A stretch of DNA of 64,000 nucleotides from a virus. Shown piece by piece: positions 52,325 through 61,792 of the stretch. Below the pieces are notes generated by a model. The model was not told where the DNA came from. It saw only the letters and a program-made list of their open reading frames with translations, and did not search any database. Position numbers and translations under genes: made by a program. The stretch covers positions 17,705 through 81,704 of IMG/VR virus record IMGVR_UViG_3300042564_005549. One strand, 5' to 3'. How positions within the stretch are numbered: position 1 is the stretch's first letter; every line of letters starts with the position of its first letter.

Positions 52325-52841
52325 TTACGATGAGATGAAAGGAATGTTGAATACAATGAGAAGATTCAACAAACCAAACTCATATTCAAACCTTAGAGAA
52401 CAACCCGAATTAAACGGTACTCCAATTACAGATAACCCACAACAACCAGAACAAAGTGGGGAGGAAAAGAAAGACTTCACAATCGTGAATGGTGTAGAAA
52501 TACACTTTAACTCAACAGATTCCGAGGATTTACAAATGAAGGATGATGAGAAAACAAAAGTCTCAGCACTTATTGATGCTTTCCGTAATGAGGTTTCAGA
52601 AATTGCAGAACTTGGTAAAATGATGGTTTATGCTGATAGTGTTAAATTGGACGGTGTAATTGGTAACTTTAACATCAGTTTCACACTTTCAGCTGGAGAT
52701 GATAATGGGGTTTATGTTACAAACTCTTCTATGTTAAAATTAAGTAATGAAGTTATGGAAGTTTTAAACAAGTTGAAGAGATTTGAAATGAAATTCACAG
52801 ACGAAATGAATAATTTGATATTAACAAGAAGACAAAACTAA
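52302..52841 (+). CDS. Hypothetical late protein
   Basis: TATTTAT upstream; N-terminal segment ending LRE. Confidence 0.7.
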   Translation: MQNKTTNSYDEMKGMLNTMRRFNKPNSYSNLREQPELNGTPITDNPQQPEQSGEEKKDFTIVNGVEIHFNSTDSEDLQMKDDEKTKVSALIDAFRNEVSEIAELGKMMVYADSVKLDGVIGNFNISFTLSAGDDNGVYVTNSSMLKLSNEVMEVLNKLKRFEMKFTDEMNNLILTRRQN

Positions 52842-52842
52842 T

Positions 52843-53082
52843 ATGCCACTTACAGCAGCAGACAAGGCGGAAGTTGAAAGAATTGCCAGAAAGGAAATGA
52901 AAGACTTTTTGGATACAACACAAGCACATAATATCGTAATCAAAGTTATCCAAAAAGAATTGGGTACAAAAAAGATTGATGATAAAATCGTGGACTTATC
53001 TAGCAAGGTTGTTGTGGAACTATTCAAGACCTTATGGCAAAGAAAGTCTTTTTGGGAAACCTCATTAAAAAATGTTAGATAA
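52843..53082 (+). CDS. Hypothetical protein
   Basis: 79-aa ORF packed within the operon. Confidence 0.65.
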   Translation: MPLTAADKAEVERIARKEMKDFLDTTQAHNIVIKVIQKELGTKKIDDKIVDLSSKVVVELFKTLWQRKSFWETSLKNVR

Positions 53083-54664
53083 TTTAAAATATAAAAAACC
53101 CAACTTTAGATACGAATGGTTAGAAGCCGCTCGTTATCCTGAATTCCAAGAATTGGGAAAGGCGGGATGGTTACAACTTGCACCAACCGGGTCAGTTGTA
53201 AAATATTCACAAATTAAAGACGTTCTTGAAAACGTTAATTTGGATTTTGAATCTTTAGATAGAGATAAAAGACAAAGATTTATTGAGTCATATAAAGAAG
53301 GTGTGGTGGAAACGCCAATTGCGGTTAAATTTAATGATTTTGAATATGATTTATTAGGTGGTAACACCAGATTGGCGGGATTAATTAGAATAGGTCACGA
53401 CCCTAAGATTTGGGTAATCCAAGCACCGGGTTGGGATAGTGATGAATCTGACGATACTATGAACGAATCCCTTAAAGGTGGGAAGGCCGATAATATGACA
53501 TTATTGGACATTGCTAAGAAATTTAACAAAAAAGGTTACTATGATATGGACGATATGTTAAAATCTTTGAAAAAAGAATTACATCTCGGTATGAAAGTGG
53601 AATTGGAACACTCTAAAAGTAGAGCGATGGCAAAAGAAATTGCAATGGACCACTTGAGTGAAAATCCAAGTTACTACAGTAAATTAAAAAAGTCTGAAAT
53701 AGAAGAAGGTTGTTGGAAAGGTTATAAACAAATCGGTGGTAAACTAAAGAACGGTAAACAAGTACCTAACTGTGTACCAATAGATGAATCTAAAGAAGAT
53801 TTAGAAGAAGGTGAAAACCAACCAACAAACCCATCCCTTTGGTCAAGAGCTAAATCATTGGCCAAATCTAAATTTGATGTTTACCCAAGTGCTTATGCAA
53901 ATGGTTGGGCGGCTAAATGGTATAAATCTAAAGGTGGTGGATGGAAGAAAAAATCAAAAAACGAATCAACCGAAGAAATAAGTGAAGACCTTAGAAGATG
54001 GTTTAAAGAGAAGTGGGTTGATGTCAGTAAAAAGGTTGATGGGGAACATCCTCCTTGTGGAAGAAAAGACGCCGACGGTAAGTCATACCCTAAATGTAGA
54101 CCATCAAAAAAGGTATCTAAAGAGACACCTAAAGTTGCGTCATCATATGATAAAGACGAAAAGAAGGCAATGACACAACAAAAAAGAAGAGCGGAGAAAG
54201 AAGAACCTAAAGTTGGTAAAGGTAACAAACCAACAATGACACATTTCGACGAAATGACCGGAGCAGCATCTGCAGGAGCATTTTCTGCACCAATGTCATT
54301 TAATAAGAAAGATGTACAAGAGGCGATGGATTCAGGAATATCTGCAGCGGCCGCTTTCGATGTACCATTATTTGGAGCAACAACTAAAGGAGGTAGAAAG
54401 AACCCACTTAAGATAGATGGTCCTGAAAGTATAGGTAAAAGTAGAGCAGTTAAAGATAAGAACTTCCCGAAATTCGGAGGACCGGGTGGAATATATGTCA
54501 AAATTAAAGACAAGTGTAAAAAGTTTCCTTATTGTAATCAAGGAGACATAAACGCAATTGAAGTTCTAAGAGAATCTATTGAGGAATCCGCAAAAAAACA
54601 CGGATTACCGGTAGAAGAAGTGGAGAAAATTGTATTAAAAGGAATTAAAGATATATTTATTTAG
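53072..54664 (+). CDS. Modular protein (ParB-like, DUF5661-like, CW.GY...VPNCV, DUF5872-like modules); probable internal head protein
   Basis: LLGGNTR ParB-like motif; G.KVE.EH......A.EIAMDHL.E.P.YY; YPSAYA and L.RWFKEKWVD..PCGR...YPKCRP modules. Confidence 0.65.
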   Translation: MLDNLKYKKPNFRYEWLEAARYPEFQELGKAGWLQLAPTGSVVKYSQIKDVLENVNLDFESLDRDKRQRFIESYKEGVVETPIAVKFNDFEYDLLGGNTRLAGLIRIGHDPKIWVIQAPGWDSDESDDTMNESLKGGKADNMTLLDIAKKFNKKGYYDMDDMLKSLKKELHLGMKVELEHSKSRAMAKEIAMDHLSENPSYYSKLKKSEIEEGCWKGYKQIGGKLKNGKQVPNCVPIDESKEDLEEGENQPTNPSLWSRAKSLAKSKFDVYPSAYANGWAAKWYKSKGGGWKKKSKNESTEEISEDLRRWFKEKWVDVSKKVDGEHPPCGRKDADGKSYPKCRPSKKVSKETPKVASSYDKDEKKAMTQQKRRAEKEEPKVGKGNKPTMTHFDEMTGAASAGAFSAPMSFNKKDVQEAMDSGISAAAAFDVPLFGATTKGGRKNPLKIDGPESIGKSRAVKDKNFPKFGGPGGIYVKIKDKCKKFPYCNQGDINAIEVLRESIEESAKKHGLPVEEVEKIVLKGIKDIFI

Positions 54665-54665
54665 T

Positions 54666-56150
54666 ATGAAATCAACAGAAATTACCAATATAATTGAAAG
54701 TATTTTAGCAGAAGAAGTTAAAAATGCTATCACAACTGAGGCAGGTACCACTAAAAGAGTGAAATATCACGTTACTTGTGAGGGAGAACCATTAGCATCA
54801 TTTGATAGTATTGATGAGGCTAAAGACTATGTTGAGAAAAATAAAGATGGTGAATTGAAGGGTAAAAAGAAATTACTTATCGATAAGAAAACTTACGGTT
54901 CGTATCAAGAAATGATAGACCATCTTGATGAGATTGCACAATCATTAGAAGAAAAAGAAACTCCTGCAACTGAAATAAATGAATATGGAAATATGCAAGA
55001 CCCATATGAATATTATGACGAGACAATGGAGGAGGTAAAAGCTAAAGTGGACGAATGGCTTGATGCAGGTAAAATTGATGAACAAGAACATTATGAGATG
55101 TACTTTAAAATTGATTCATCAGATTATGAATGGGATTATAACCGTGGTAGTGGAAACAAAGCAAAACACATACTTATCCAATTAGCAAAAGAATGTGCAC
55201 CTCATTTATTAGTAAAAAAGAAAAAAGAAACAGAAAATATGGAAAATCAAGAACCAATGGAAGGTAATGCATACATTAAAGCAATGTTAGATGCTAAAGA
55301 AAAGGGTGAAGAGTCATTCGAAGTTGATGGGGAAACTCACAACGTTAAGGAATCTTGGAAACAATTAGAGGAAGAAGAAGGTATGTGTGAAGGTGCGGGT
55401 TGCTCTGGTGAAATGATGGAAGACAGTGAAAACTGTGAAGAATGTGGTGACAACGCTAATGAAATGTTAGAAGGTGGTAAAGGTACGTGTTCTGAATGTG
55501 GTACAATGTTACAAGAAGATGGTAGTTGTAATGAATGTGCTGGTAAAATGAACGAATCTAAAAAAGTAAAAATAAGATTAAGTGAATCTGAGTTAACAAA
55601 ACTAATTAGTAAATTAGTTATGGAGGCAATACCAGGTTTAGAAGCAGTTAAAAAATCACACAGTCAATCATCTGGTCAAGACTTAAAAGACAGTAACAAA
55701 AAAATTGATGACTATTTGAAAGGTGTTTCAGGTTCAACAAAACCTGAATTTCCTAACCAAGAAGGAACTGAAAAAGAAAAAGAAGCTTATAGAAATACAA
55801 GTGACGAAGAAGAATTTATAGACACTTACAGAGGTAAAGGTTTACAGGACTTAGATTATGATAACAAACCTTCAAAAGAGTTTATCGAAAGACTAAGAAT
55901 GGCTTTAGAAGGTGACCCTAAAATGGGTAACGGTCAAAAAGATACTGCAAACACTACACCAAGTAATGTAGGTAAAGACTTATACAAATCAATAGATAAA
56001 GAAAAGAAAACAAGACACGCTGAGCCAGCATACAAGAAGGACCCAGCACCTACTAAAGAGGTGAATGAGTCTGTAAAAAAAGATTCTGTAGTTTTAGAAG
56101 AAATGAACAGAATTAAAAATATGGCTAACTATAATAAGAAAACTCAGTAA
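54666..56150 (+). CDS. Acidic hypothetical protein with CxxC pairs; probable internal head protein
   Basis: TATTTAT 5 nt before the ATG; many hydrophobic-X-E motifs; KIRLSESEL.KLI..LV.E motif. Confidence 0.65.
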   Translation: MKSTEITNIIESILAEEVKNAITTEAGTTKRVKYHVTCEGEPLASFDSIDEAKDYVEKNKDGELKGKKKLLIDKKTYGSYQEMIDHLDEIAQSLEEKETPATEINEYGNMQDPYEYYDETMEEVKAKVDEWLDAGKIDEQEHYEMYFKIDSSDYEWDYNRGSGNKAKHILIQLAKECAPHLLVKKKKETENMENQEPMEGNAYIKAMLDAKEKGEESFEVDGETHNVKESWKQLEEEEGMCEGAGCSGEMMEDSENCEECGDNANEMLEGGKGTCSECGTMLQEDGSCNECAGKMNESKKVKIRLSESELTKLISKLVMEAIPGLEAVKKSHSQSSGQDLKDSNKKIDDYLKGVSGSTKPEFPNQEGTEKEKEAYRNTSDEEEFIDTYRGKGLQDLDYDNKPSKEFIERLRMALEGDPKMGNGQKDTANTTPSNVGKDLYKSIDKEKKTRHAEPAYKKDPAPTKEVNESVKKDSVVLEEMNRIKNMANYNKKTQ

Positions 56151-56200
56151 TCTACTTTTTTTTCTATTCTTTTATCTGTATATTTTATGATAACAAAGAT

Positions 56201-56656
56201 ATGGAGAATAGAGAAGGTTATATTGAGTTTTTAACGTCAGAAAGTAATAAGAATCAAATAGATATTTGGTATAAAGCATATAATATAACTCTGGAAAAAA
56301 CAGAGTTATATTATGACTTTTTAATCTCATTGTTAGACATCATCGAAGAAACCTATTTGGGTTATGATGTCTTGGAAAAACAGGAGGATATTCAGAATCA
56401 CTTCACTTGGTGTTTCGATAAATTACTTAACAACTTCAAAAAAGAAAACATTGAATTTAAGGAAAGGGGTTCTCATTATGAGTACCTTTGGTTATTCTTT
56501 TACGAGGCGTTCTATATCACTGATTCTGAAGGTGGTATAATAAGAATACGTGAATACTTTTATAAACTCTTCAATTTCACATATAAGAAGACTCGGTCTG
56601 AGTTGGATATGTTGACAGAAATTTACAAAATGTTAGACCAAAACTTGAAAAAGTAA
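56201..56656 (+). CDS. Hypothetical protein
   Basis: 151-aa ORF. Confidence 0.7.
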   Translation: MENREGYIEFLTSESNKNQIDIWYKAYNITLEKTELYYDFLISLLDIIEETYLGYDVLEKQEDIQNHFTWCFDKLLNNFKKENIEFKERGSHYEYLWLFFYEAFYITDSEGGIIRIREYFYKLFNFTYKKTRSELDMLTEIYKMLDQNLKK

Positions 56657-56673
56657 ATTTTTTCCTCTATATT
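56645..56673 (+). promoter_or_regulatory. Sigma70-type promoter TTGAAA-N17-TATATT
   Basis: TTGAAA 56645-56650 and TATATT 56668-56673. Confidence 0.55.
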
Positions 56674-56697
56674 AGTATTAAAAACCGAATAAATAAT

Positions 56698-56886
56698 ATG
56701 GAGACTTTAAAAAAAATCAAAGACTTGGTCGAAAAAATGTCTGTTGATACCCAAAAGGTTTATGAAAAGGGTAATCGAAGTGCGTCTATTAGGGCAAGAA
56801 AATATGCACAAGAAATCAAACAATTGATTGGTGTGTATAGAAGAGAAGTTTTAGAAGAAATTAAAAAATATGATGATAAAGATTGA
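56698..56886 (+). CDS. Histone H1-like Hc1 family protein
   Basis: KGN.SA..RARK...EIK.....R core of the Chlamydia/Bacteroidota Hc1 family. Confidence 0.7.
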   Translation: METLKKIKDLVEKMSVDTQKVYEKGNRSASIRARKYAQEIKQLIGVYRREVLEEIKKYDDKD

Positions 56887-57061
56887 GTTGTATCTACTCG
56901 TGTTAAGTGTTGTTTATATCTCAAAGTTTTTGTTTGAGTTCATATTAACACTTAGAGAAGAGGACCCGGAACCAATGAATGTTTCTAAAACAAATCAAGT
57001 GTTTTTGTATTTTGCAATTGCATATATACTAACATCAGTAATAAACGTTTTTATAAATTAG
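56870..57061 (+). CDS. Small two-TM membrane protein
   Basis: Two hydrophobic stretches. Confidence 0.6.
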   Translation: MMIKIELYLLVLSVVYISKFLFEFILTLREEDPEPMNVSKTNQVFLYFAIAYILTSVINVFIN

Positions 57062-57067
57062 AAATTA

Positions 57068-57523
57068 GTGTACGAAAACATAAAAGGATTAAGACCCTAC
57101 TTTTTTTCACTTCGTGAAATTGATAATAATGTCAGTCTTGACATTAAATTTCCATTGACTTGGAAATATGAAAATATCATTTCTCAGTATAAATTAGTTA
57201 AGGCTAAAGTTCAGGACAAGAATGATAAATTTCATTTGGTATCCTTGATATCAACAGCAACTCAAGAAGGATATGATGTAGTTTTTGCTTGTGCTGGAGA
57301 AGTGGTAGTTGTAAACAAAGAAGAGGAAGAAAAACAAAGACTATTCCACGCAAAAGTTAAAGAGTTACAGGCATTATTCCAAAACCAGTCATTAGACAAA
57401 TTAAAAGAAATTAGTTTTATTGATACTTATGGACAAGAAGATTCAACAGGGATTAGAATGGTTGGAGAAAGAGCAGACGAAGGATTTGAAGGAGATACAG
57501 GAGCACAAGAAGAAGATGATTAA
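57068..57523 (+). CDS. Hypothetical protein
   Basis: 151-aa ORF with a GTG start. Confidence 0.65.
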   Translation: MYENIKGLRPYFFSLREIDNNVSLDIKFPLTWKYENIISQYKLVKAKVQDKNDKFHLVSLISTATQEGYDVVFACAGEVVVVNKEEEEKQRLFHAKVKELQALFQNQSLDKLKEISFIDTYGQEDSTGIRMVGERADEGFEGDTGAQEEDD

Positions 57524-57632
57524 AGAGGTAATCTCTTTCGATAAAAATAAAATGTTCGAACCCAAACCAAAAAATAAAGTATCGTTCTTAAAAAAAATAC
57601 TTTTAGTGTTAGGCTATGGAAAAAAAAGGTAA
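57429..57632 (+). CDS. Small hypothetical protein overlapping the upstream gene
   Basis: ATG 57429 (MDKKIQQ); helical and basic. Confidence 0.5.
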   Translation: MDKKIQQGLEWLEKEQTKDLKEIQEHKKKMIKEVISFDKNKMFEPKPKNKVSFLKKILLVLGYGKKR

Positions 57633-57849
57633 TTTTTTTAATCAAATTGCAATTATATCTGACTTATTAGAAAAAATAAATTTAGAATCGGAATCAAGAA
57701 CCGTAATCTTCGAATTAAAAGAAGAAGAGTTCAATAGAGTATATGGATTGGTTACCGATAAAACAAAACAGAATATAAAATCTGTTAAAAATAAATTTTC
57801 AATAACTATAGGGGAAGTTAATGTTATCTTTAGTAAGAATAGTGTCTAA
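57616..57849 (+). CDS. Hypothetical protein
   Basis: 77-aa ORF. Confidence 0.6.
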   Translation: MEKKGNFFNQIAIISDLLEKINLESESRTVIFELKEEEFNRVYGLVTDKTKQNIKSVKNKFSITIGEVNVIFSKNSV

Positions 57850-58468
57850 ACAACTCAGTTCTTTTATATCCCTTAGCAACTAACAAATCGTACAACATCC
57901 TTCTCTGGTGTGTTGTAACATCTTTCACAAAAATAAAGTTGTTCTTTTTTCTCTTTAACAAATCCTCTCGGATTATATTGAACAAACGAAGTGAATCGTC
58001 AATATTTTTATTACCGAACATTCTTACATCATTATCAACCTGCACAAATATTTTGTTATTTAATGTGAAGACCTGTGCAACGTCATTTACCGTCATAATG
58101 TAATTCATCATTTCGTGATAACGGATTCTTTTTTTACTATCAAAATCGTAGATTAGTTCCTCCACCCAATAAGGAATGATTTCTTTAACCCTTTCCTTTT
58201 CATTACTCAATATCACCTCTTCATTCCTACCTAATTCATCTTTAACATATGTTTTGGTGGACCATCTGGTTGTTGGATATATTAATGCCAACTCATATTT
58301 TGTTGAGGTTCTTTTTTTACCCGAATTGGTCTTTACGTAAGGTGGCTTCTTTTGGGTTTTCAATTCCTGCCATATTTCAGTTATCGTACTTCTTTTGGCG
58401 GATTTGTGGATTAGTTTTTTTCTTTTTCTATTACAAAAAAGTACTATGAAATATTTGTAATTAATCAT
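57830..58468 (-). CDS. Basic hypothetical protein
   Basis: Long minus-strand ORF filling a gap in + strand coding; ATG 58468 overlaps the upstream TGA (ATGA). Confidence 0.7.
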   Translation of the reverse strand: MINYKYFIVLFCNRKRKKLIHKSAKRSTITEIWQELKTQKKPPYVKTNSGKKRTSTKYELALIYPTTRWSTKTYVKDELGRNEEVILSNEKERVKEIIPYWVEELIYDFDSKKRIRYHEMMNYIMTVNDVAQVFTLNNKIFVQVDNDVRMFGNKNIDDSLRLFNIIREDLLKRKKNNFIFVKDVTTHQRRMLYDLLVAKGYKRTELFRHYSY

Positions 58469-58617
58469 AATAACCAACTAATTAAGGATATCACCCCATA
58501 AATCGCAAGAGCACCAACCACGATAACACCATAGAAAACTATTTTAGCGATTCTATCAGTTTCATCATAATAGTTTTTTTCCTCCTCACGTAATTTTTTA
58601 CATTCTGAACAAGCCAT
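58465..58617 (-). CDS. 50-aa protein with CxxC and C-terminal TM helix (not in the ORF track)
   Basis: MACSECKKLREEEKNYYDETDRIAKIVFYGVIVVGALAIYGVISLISWLL*, coupled by ATGA to the next minus-strand gene. Confidence 0.6.
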   Translation of the reverse strand: MACSECKKLREEEKNYYDETDRIAKIVFYGVIVVGALAIYGVISLISWLL

Positions 58618-58708
58618 ATTAAAATATAACTATTTCTCAGATAAAAATCAAACCAATTTCTTTTTCTCATTTTTTTTACTTATATTTTTTTATATAACCT
58701 AAATTTTT

Positions 58709-59545
58709 ATGATATCGTATATTGGAGGAAAAGCAAGAATTGGTAAGTGGATAAAAGAATATATCCCACAGGACATCGAAACGTATGTGGAGGGATTTTC
58801 AGGTATGTTCTGGGTCTTTTTTAATATGGACTTAGAGAAGTATCCAAACCTTAAGACCGTCGTATATAACGACTATAATAGGTTAAATCATAACCTAATG
58901 AAGTGGGCTAAAGACTATGATGTATTATGGGAAGGTTTATCTCACTATCCTTGCCAACAGTTGGGTGTGGTTGACACACCGCCTCAGTATGAACAAATGT
59001 TCAATCAATACCAACAAGAGATATTTGATGAGAACTTAGTCATTACTGATGAGAATAGTTTAGAGATTGCTTGTAAATACGTTTATGTATTAGGTCAGGT
59101 GTTCTCCGGTTCTAAACCTGAAACCGCATCCTATATGGACTACAAGGGAAAATACAGATGTAAGGTTTTAGTTTTTATGGATAAACTAAAAAATCCAAAG
59201 TATCGTGAACACTTCGATAAAATAACATTTGTCGAAAATAAAGACTTCCAAGAAGTGGTTGAAAAATATGATTCACCTACAACTTATTTCTATATGGACC
59301 CACCATATTGGAAAACTGAGAATTACTATTCTAATCACGATTTTGATGTAAATGACCATACAAGACTTGCGGAATGTATCAAAGGTATTCAAGGTAAATT
59401 CAGTCTATCATATTACGATTTTCCACAATTATCTGAGTGGTTCCCTAAAGACCAATATCGTTGGGAACAAAAGGATTTCAGTAAAGCGGCATCAACCAAA
59501 AAGGAAAAGAATGTGGGTACCGAACTCCTAATAATGAACTATTAG
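58709..59545 (+). CDS. DNA adenine methyltransferase (D12/Dam class)
   Basis: YIGGK, YVE.F.G, V.ND, YMDPPY, LSY and ELLIMNY motifs. Confidence 0.9.
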   Translation: MISYIGGKARIGKWIKEYIPQDIETYVEGFSGMFWVFFNMDLEKYPNLKTVVYNDYNRLNHNLMKWAKDYDVLWEGLSHYPCQQLGVVDTPPQYEQMFNQYQQEIFDENLVITDENSLEIACKYVYVLGQVFSGSKPETASYMDYKGKYRCKVLVFMDKLKNPKYREHFDKITFVENKDFQEVVEKYDSPTTYFYMDPPYWKTENYYSNHDFDVNDHTRLAECIKGIQGKFSLSYYDFPQLSEWFPKDQYRWEQKDFSKAASTKKEKNVGTELLIMNY

Positions 59546-59570
59546 TTCATATTTATAAAATAATTTATTT

Positions 59571-60095
59571 ATGAAGACAAGTTGGTATTTGGTAAAAGTT
59601 TTACCCGGTAAAGAGAGACAATTAACTGAACAATATAACAAAGAAATTTCTTTGGGTACTATCAAAAATATCCTTAGATTTGTGTGTCCTTTAGAAAAAA
59701 ACTTAGTTGTTGTAAAAAACAAAAAAGTAATCAGAGAGAAAGTTCTTTATAGTGGATATCTTTATTTCGAAACACAGGAAAAATTAAACGACGATGACCT
59801 TAAAGTGATTGCACATCAGCAATCAATTATGGGTTTACTCGGAGATAAAACACCCATTCATTTAAGAGAGAGTGATGTTGCAAGAATATTAAAAGATGAT
59901 GTTCTTGATGAACACATTCAGTCTAAAAAAGTAACATTGAATGTTGCGGACATTGTCACAATATCTGATGGTGCGTTTAACGGATTCAACGGAATCGTAT
60001 CAGCAATTAAAGGTGACAAGGTTGATGTTGAAGTAAAGGTATTCGGTAGAGGAACAATTGTAACCGTAGGTATTGAACAGGTAGAAAAAGTATAA
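59571..60095 (+). CDS. nusG: NusG family transcription elongation factor
   Basis: WY...V.PGKE and L..GYL NGN domain; KOW domain I.DGAF.GF.G.V and V.VFGR.T.V...QVEK. Confidence 0.9.
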   Translation: MKTSWYLVKVLPGKERQLTEQYNKEISLGTIKNILRFVCPLEKNLVVVKNKKVIREKVLYSGYLYFETQEKLNDDDLKVIAHQQSIMGLLGDKTPIHLRESDVARILKDDVLDEHIQSKKVTLNVADIVTISDGAFNGFNGIVSAIKGDKVDVEVKVFGRGTIVTVGIEQVEKV

Positions 60096-60373
60096 TGAAT
60101 TTTAAGCCGGAGGTTTTAATTTATTTGAATCAAGTTAAATCGTTCTTATCAAAAAACGAAGAGGCTCGTTCATACTTTATGTCAAATACAAATCCTGATG
60201 ATTTTTACACAAAACTTTGTGAGATGTCTGAAAAAAATTTTGATTCATCAGGTGAACCAAGTTTAACACAAGAACAATTTGAAGAATTAAGATTGGAAAT
60301 TATCAAAGAACCGGAGAAAAAAGTCTTTGACCCTATTGTTTACACAAAATTTGGTCACTACTCTCTAAATTAA
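60095..60373 (+). CDS. Hypothetical protein
   Basis: 92 aa; TAATG-coupled to nusG. Confidence 0.65.
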   Translation: MNFKPEVLIYLNQVKSFLSKNEEARSYFMSNTNPDDFYTKLCEMSEKNFDSSGEPSLTQEQFEELRLEIIKEPEKKVFDPIVYTKFGHYSLN

Positions 60374-60409
60374 CTTCTATTTCTCACAAAATTTAATTAT
60401 ATTACTACT

Positions 60410-61480
60410 ATGATAAGAATATTACCTTCTGAGTTAAAATTATATGACTCAGTATATGCCAACGATTTCCCTGATAGTCAGTATTTCATTGTTTTGTTTG
60501 GTGATATGCCATCAAAATATAGTAGTAGGACTTATTACGACCCGAAAATACTCGAACACTTTAAAAGTTTGGGGTATGAAGCGACTCATAAAATTGAGAA
60601 CACGAAAAAGAACTACGATATTTCAATCGAGACTTTGTTAATTAACAAAGAAAAGGAAATAATGATTAGAGTTGATTTATCAACACAAAAGAAAACCGAA
60701 CTCGTAACTATTGATATTCTTTATAACTTAAAAAATGGTGAGATTACTAACCAAATAGATTTTGAATCACTATCGGTATTAGTTAAAGAAAAGAAAAGAG
60801 CGAATATCCATTTGGTTAAGAGTGAAATGGGTCATTTAGACACTCAAGAGTATGATTTACCTGTACCGGATATGGACTTAGAGTTAAATTATGGTCCTGA
60901 ATTTAAAAAGATACACGACATTATCATTAAGAGATTAAATAAGACAAATGATAAAGGTATCATTCTTTTACACGGAGACCCTGGCACCGGTAAAACATCT
61001 TATTTAAAATATATTACAAAGTTTGTAGAGGATAAGGATATTTTATTTATCCCACCATCAATGGCGGAGATGTTATCAGAACCATCCATAATTCCATTCT
61101 TAATGGAAAATAAAAATTCAATTTTAATTATTGAAGATGCTGAAAGGGTTATTTCAGATAGAGAAGGTAATGGTTCACCAGCAGGAGTTTCGAATATTCT
61201 TAACTTAACTGATGGAATTTTAGGTGATTGTTTAAATATACAGGTAATTGCCACGTTCAATATGAAAAGAGAAAGAATCGACCAAGCATTACTTAGAAAG
61301 GGTAGATTAATCGTTGAACATAAATTTGAAAAATTACCAATAGAAGAAACCAATAAATTATTAAAACATTTAGGTAAAACCTACGATGTTAAAGAGGCAA
61401 TGAGTTTGGCTGATATATATAATGTGGACTCAGACGAAGTCAGAATAACTAAAGAAAAAAAATCAATAGGATTTGTATGA
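60410..61480 (+). CDS. AAA+ ATPase
   Basis: LLHGDPGTGKT, IIEDAE, LN.TDG and D.ALLR.GR motifs. Confidence 0.9.
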   Translation: MIRILPSELKLYDSVYANDFPDSQYFIVLFGDMPSKYSSRTYYDPKILEHFKSLGYEATHKIENTKKNYDISIETLLINKEKEIMIRVDLSTQKKTELVTIDILYNLKNGEITNQIDFESLSVLVKEKKRANIHLVKSEMGHLDTQEYDLPVPDMDLELNYGPEFKKIHDIIIKRLNKTNDKGIILLHGDPGTGKTSYLKYITKFVEDKDILFIPPSMAEMLSEPSIIPFLMENKNSILIIEDAERVISDREGNGSPAGVSNILNLTDGILGDCLNIQVIATFNMKRERIDQALLRKGRLIVEHKFEKLPIEETNKLLKHLGKTYDVKEAMSLADIYNVDSDEVRITKEKKSIGFV

Positions 61481-61791
61481 AACAATTAACAACAGAACAA
61501 TTAACAGAAAAACTAAATAATAATGAAAAAGTGTTGGTGGACTTTTTTGCCACTTGGTGTGGACCTTGTAAGGCTTTAGTACCGACATTGGAATCAATCC
61601 AAGATAATTATAATGGAGTAGAGTTTGTGAAAATTGACGTAGACCAAAACCAAGATTTGGCAATGTCAATGGGTGTTAGAAGTGTACCAACAGTTATACT
61701 TTTTGAAGGTAAGAAAGAAGTTTTCAGAACAACAGGGGCCAACACTAAAAATTTCTATGATAAAGTGATAACAGAGTCATTTAATTTATAA
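61477..61791 (+). CDS. trxA: Thioredoxin
   Basis: VDF.ATWCGPCK and VRSVPT motifs. Confidence 0.93.
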   Translation: MKQLTTEQLTEKLNNNEKVLVDFFATWCGPCKALVPTLESIQDNYNGVEFVKIDVDQNQDLAMSMGVRSVPTVILFEGKKEVFRTTGANTKNFYDKVITESFNL

Positions 61792-61792
61792 T

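Noticed and set aside
53893-54513. 206-aa minus-strand ORF and other short antisense ORFs in the track
   Set aside because: They lie entirely antisense to well-supported genes, have no motifs, and are expected from codon bias.
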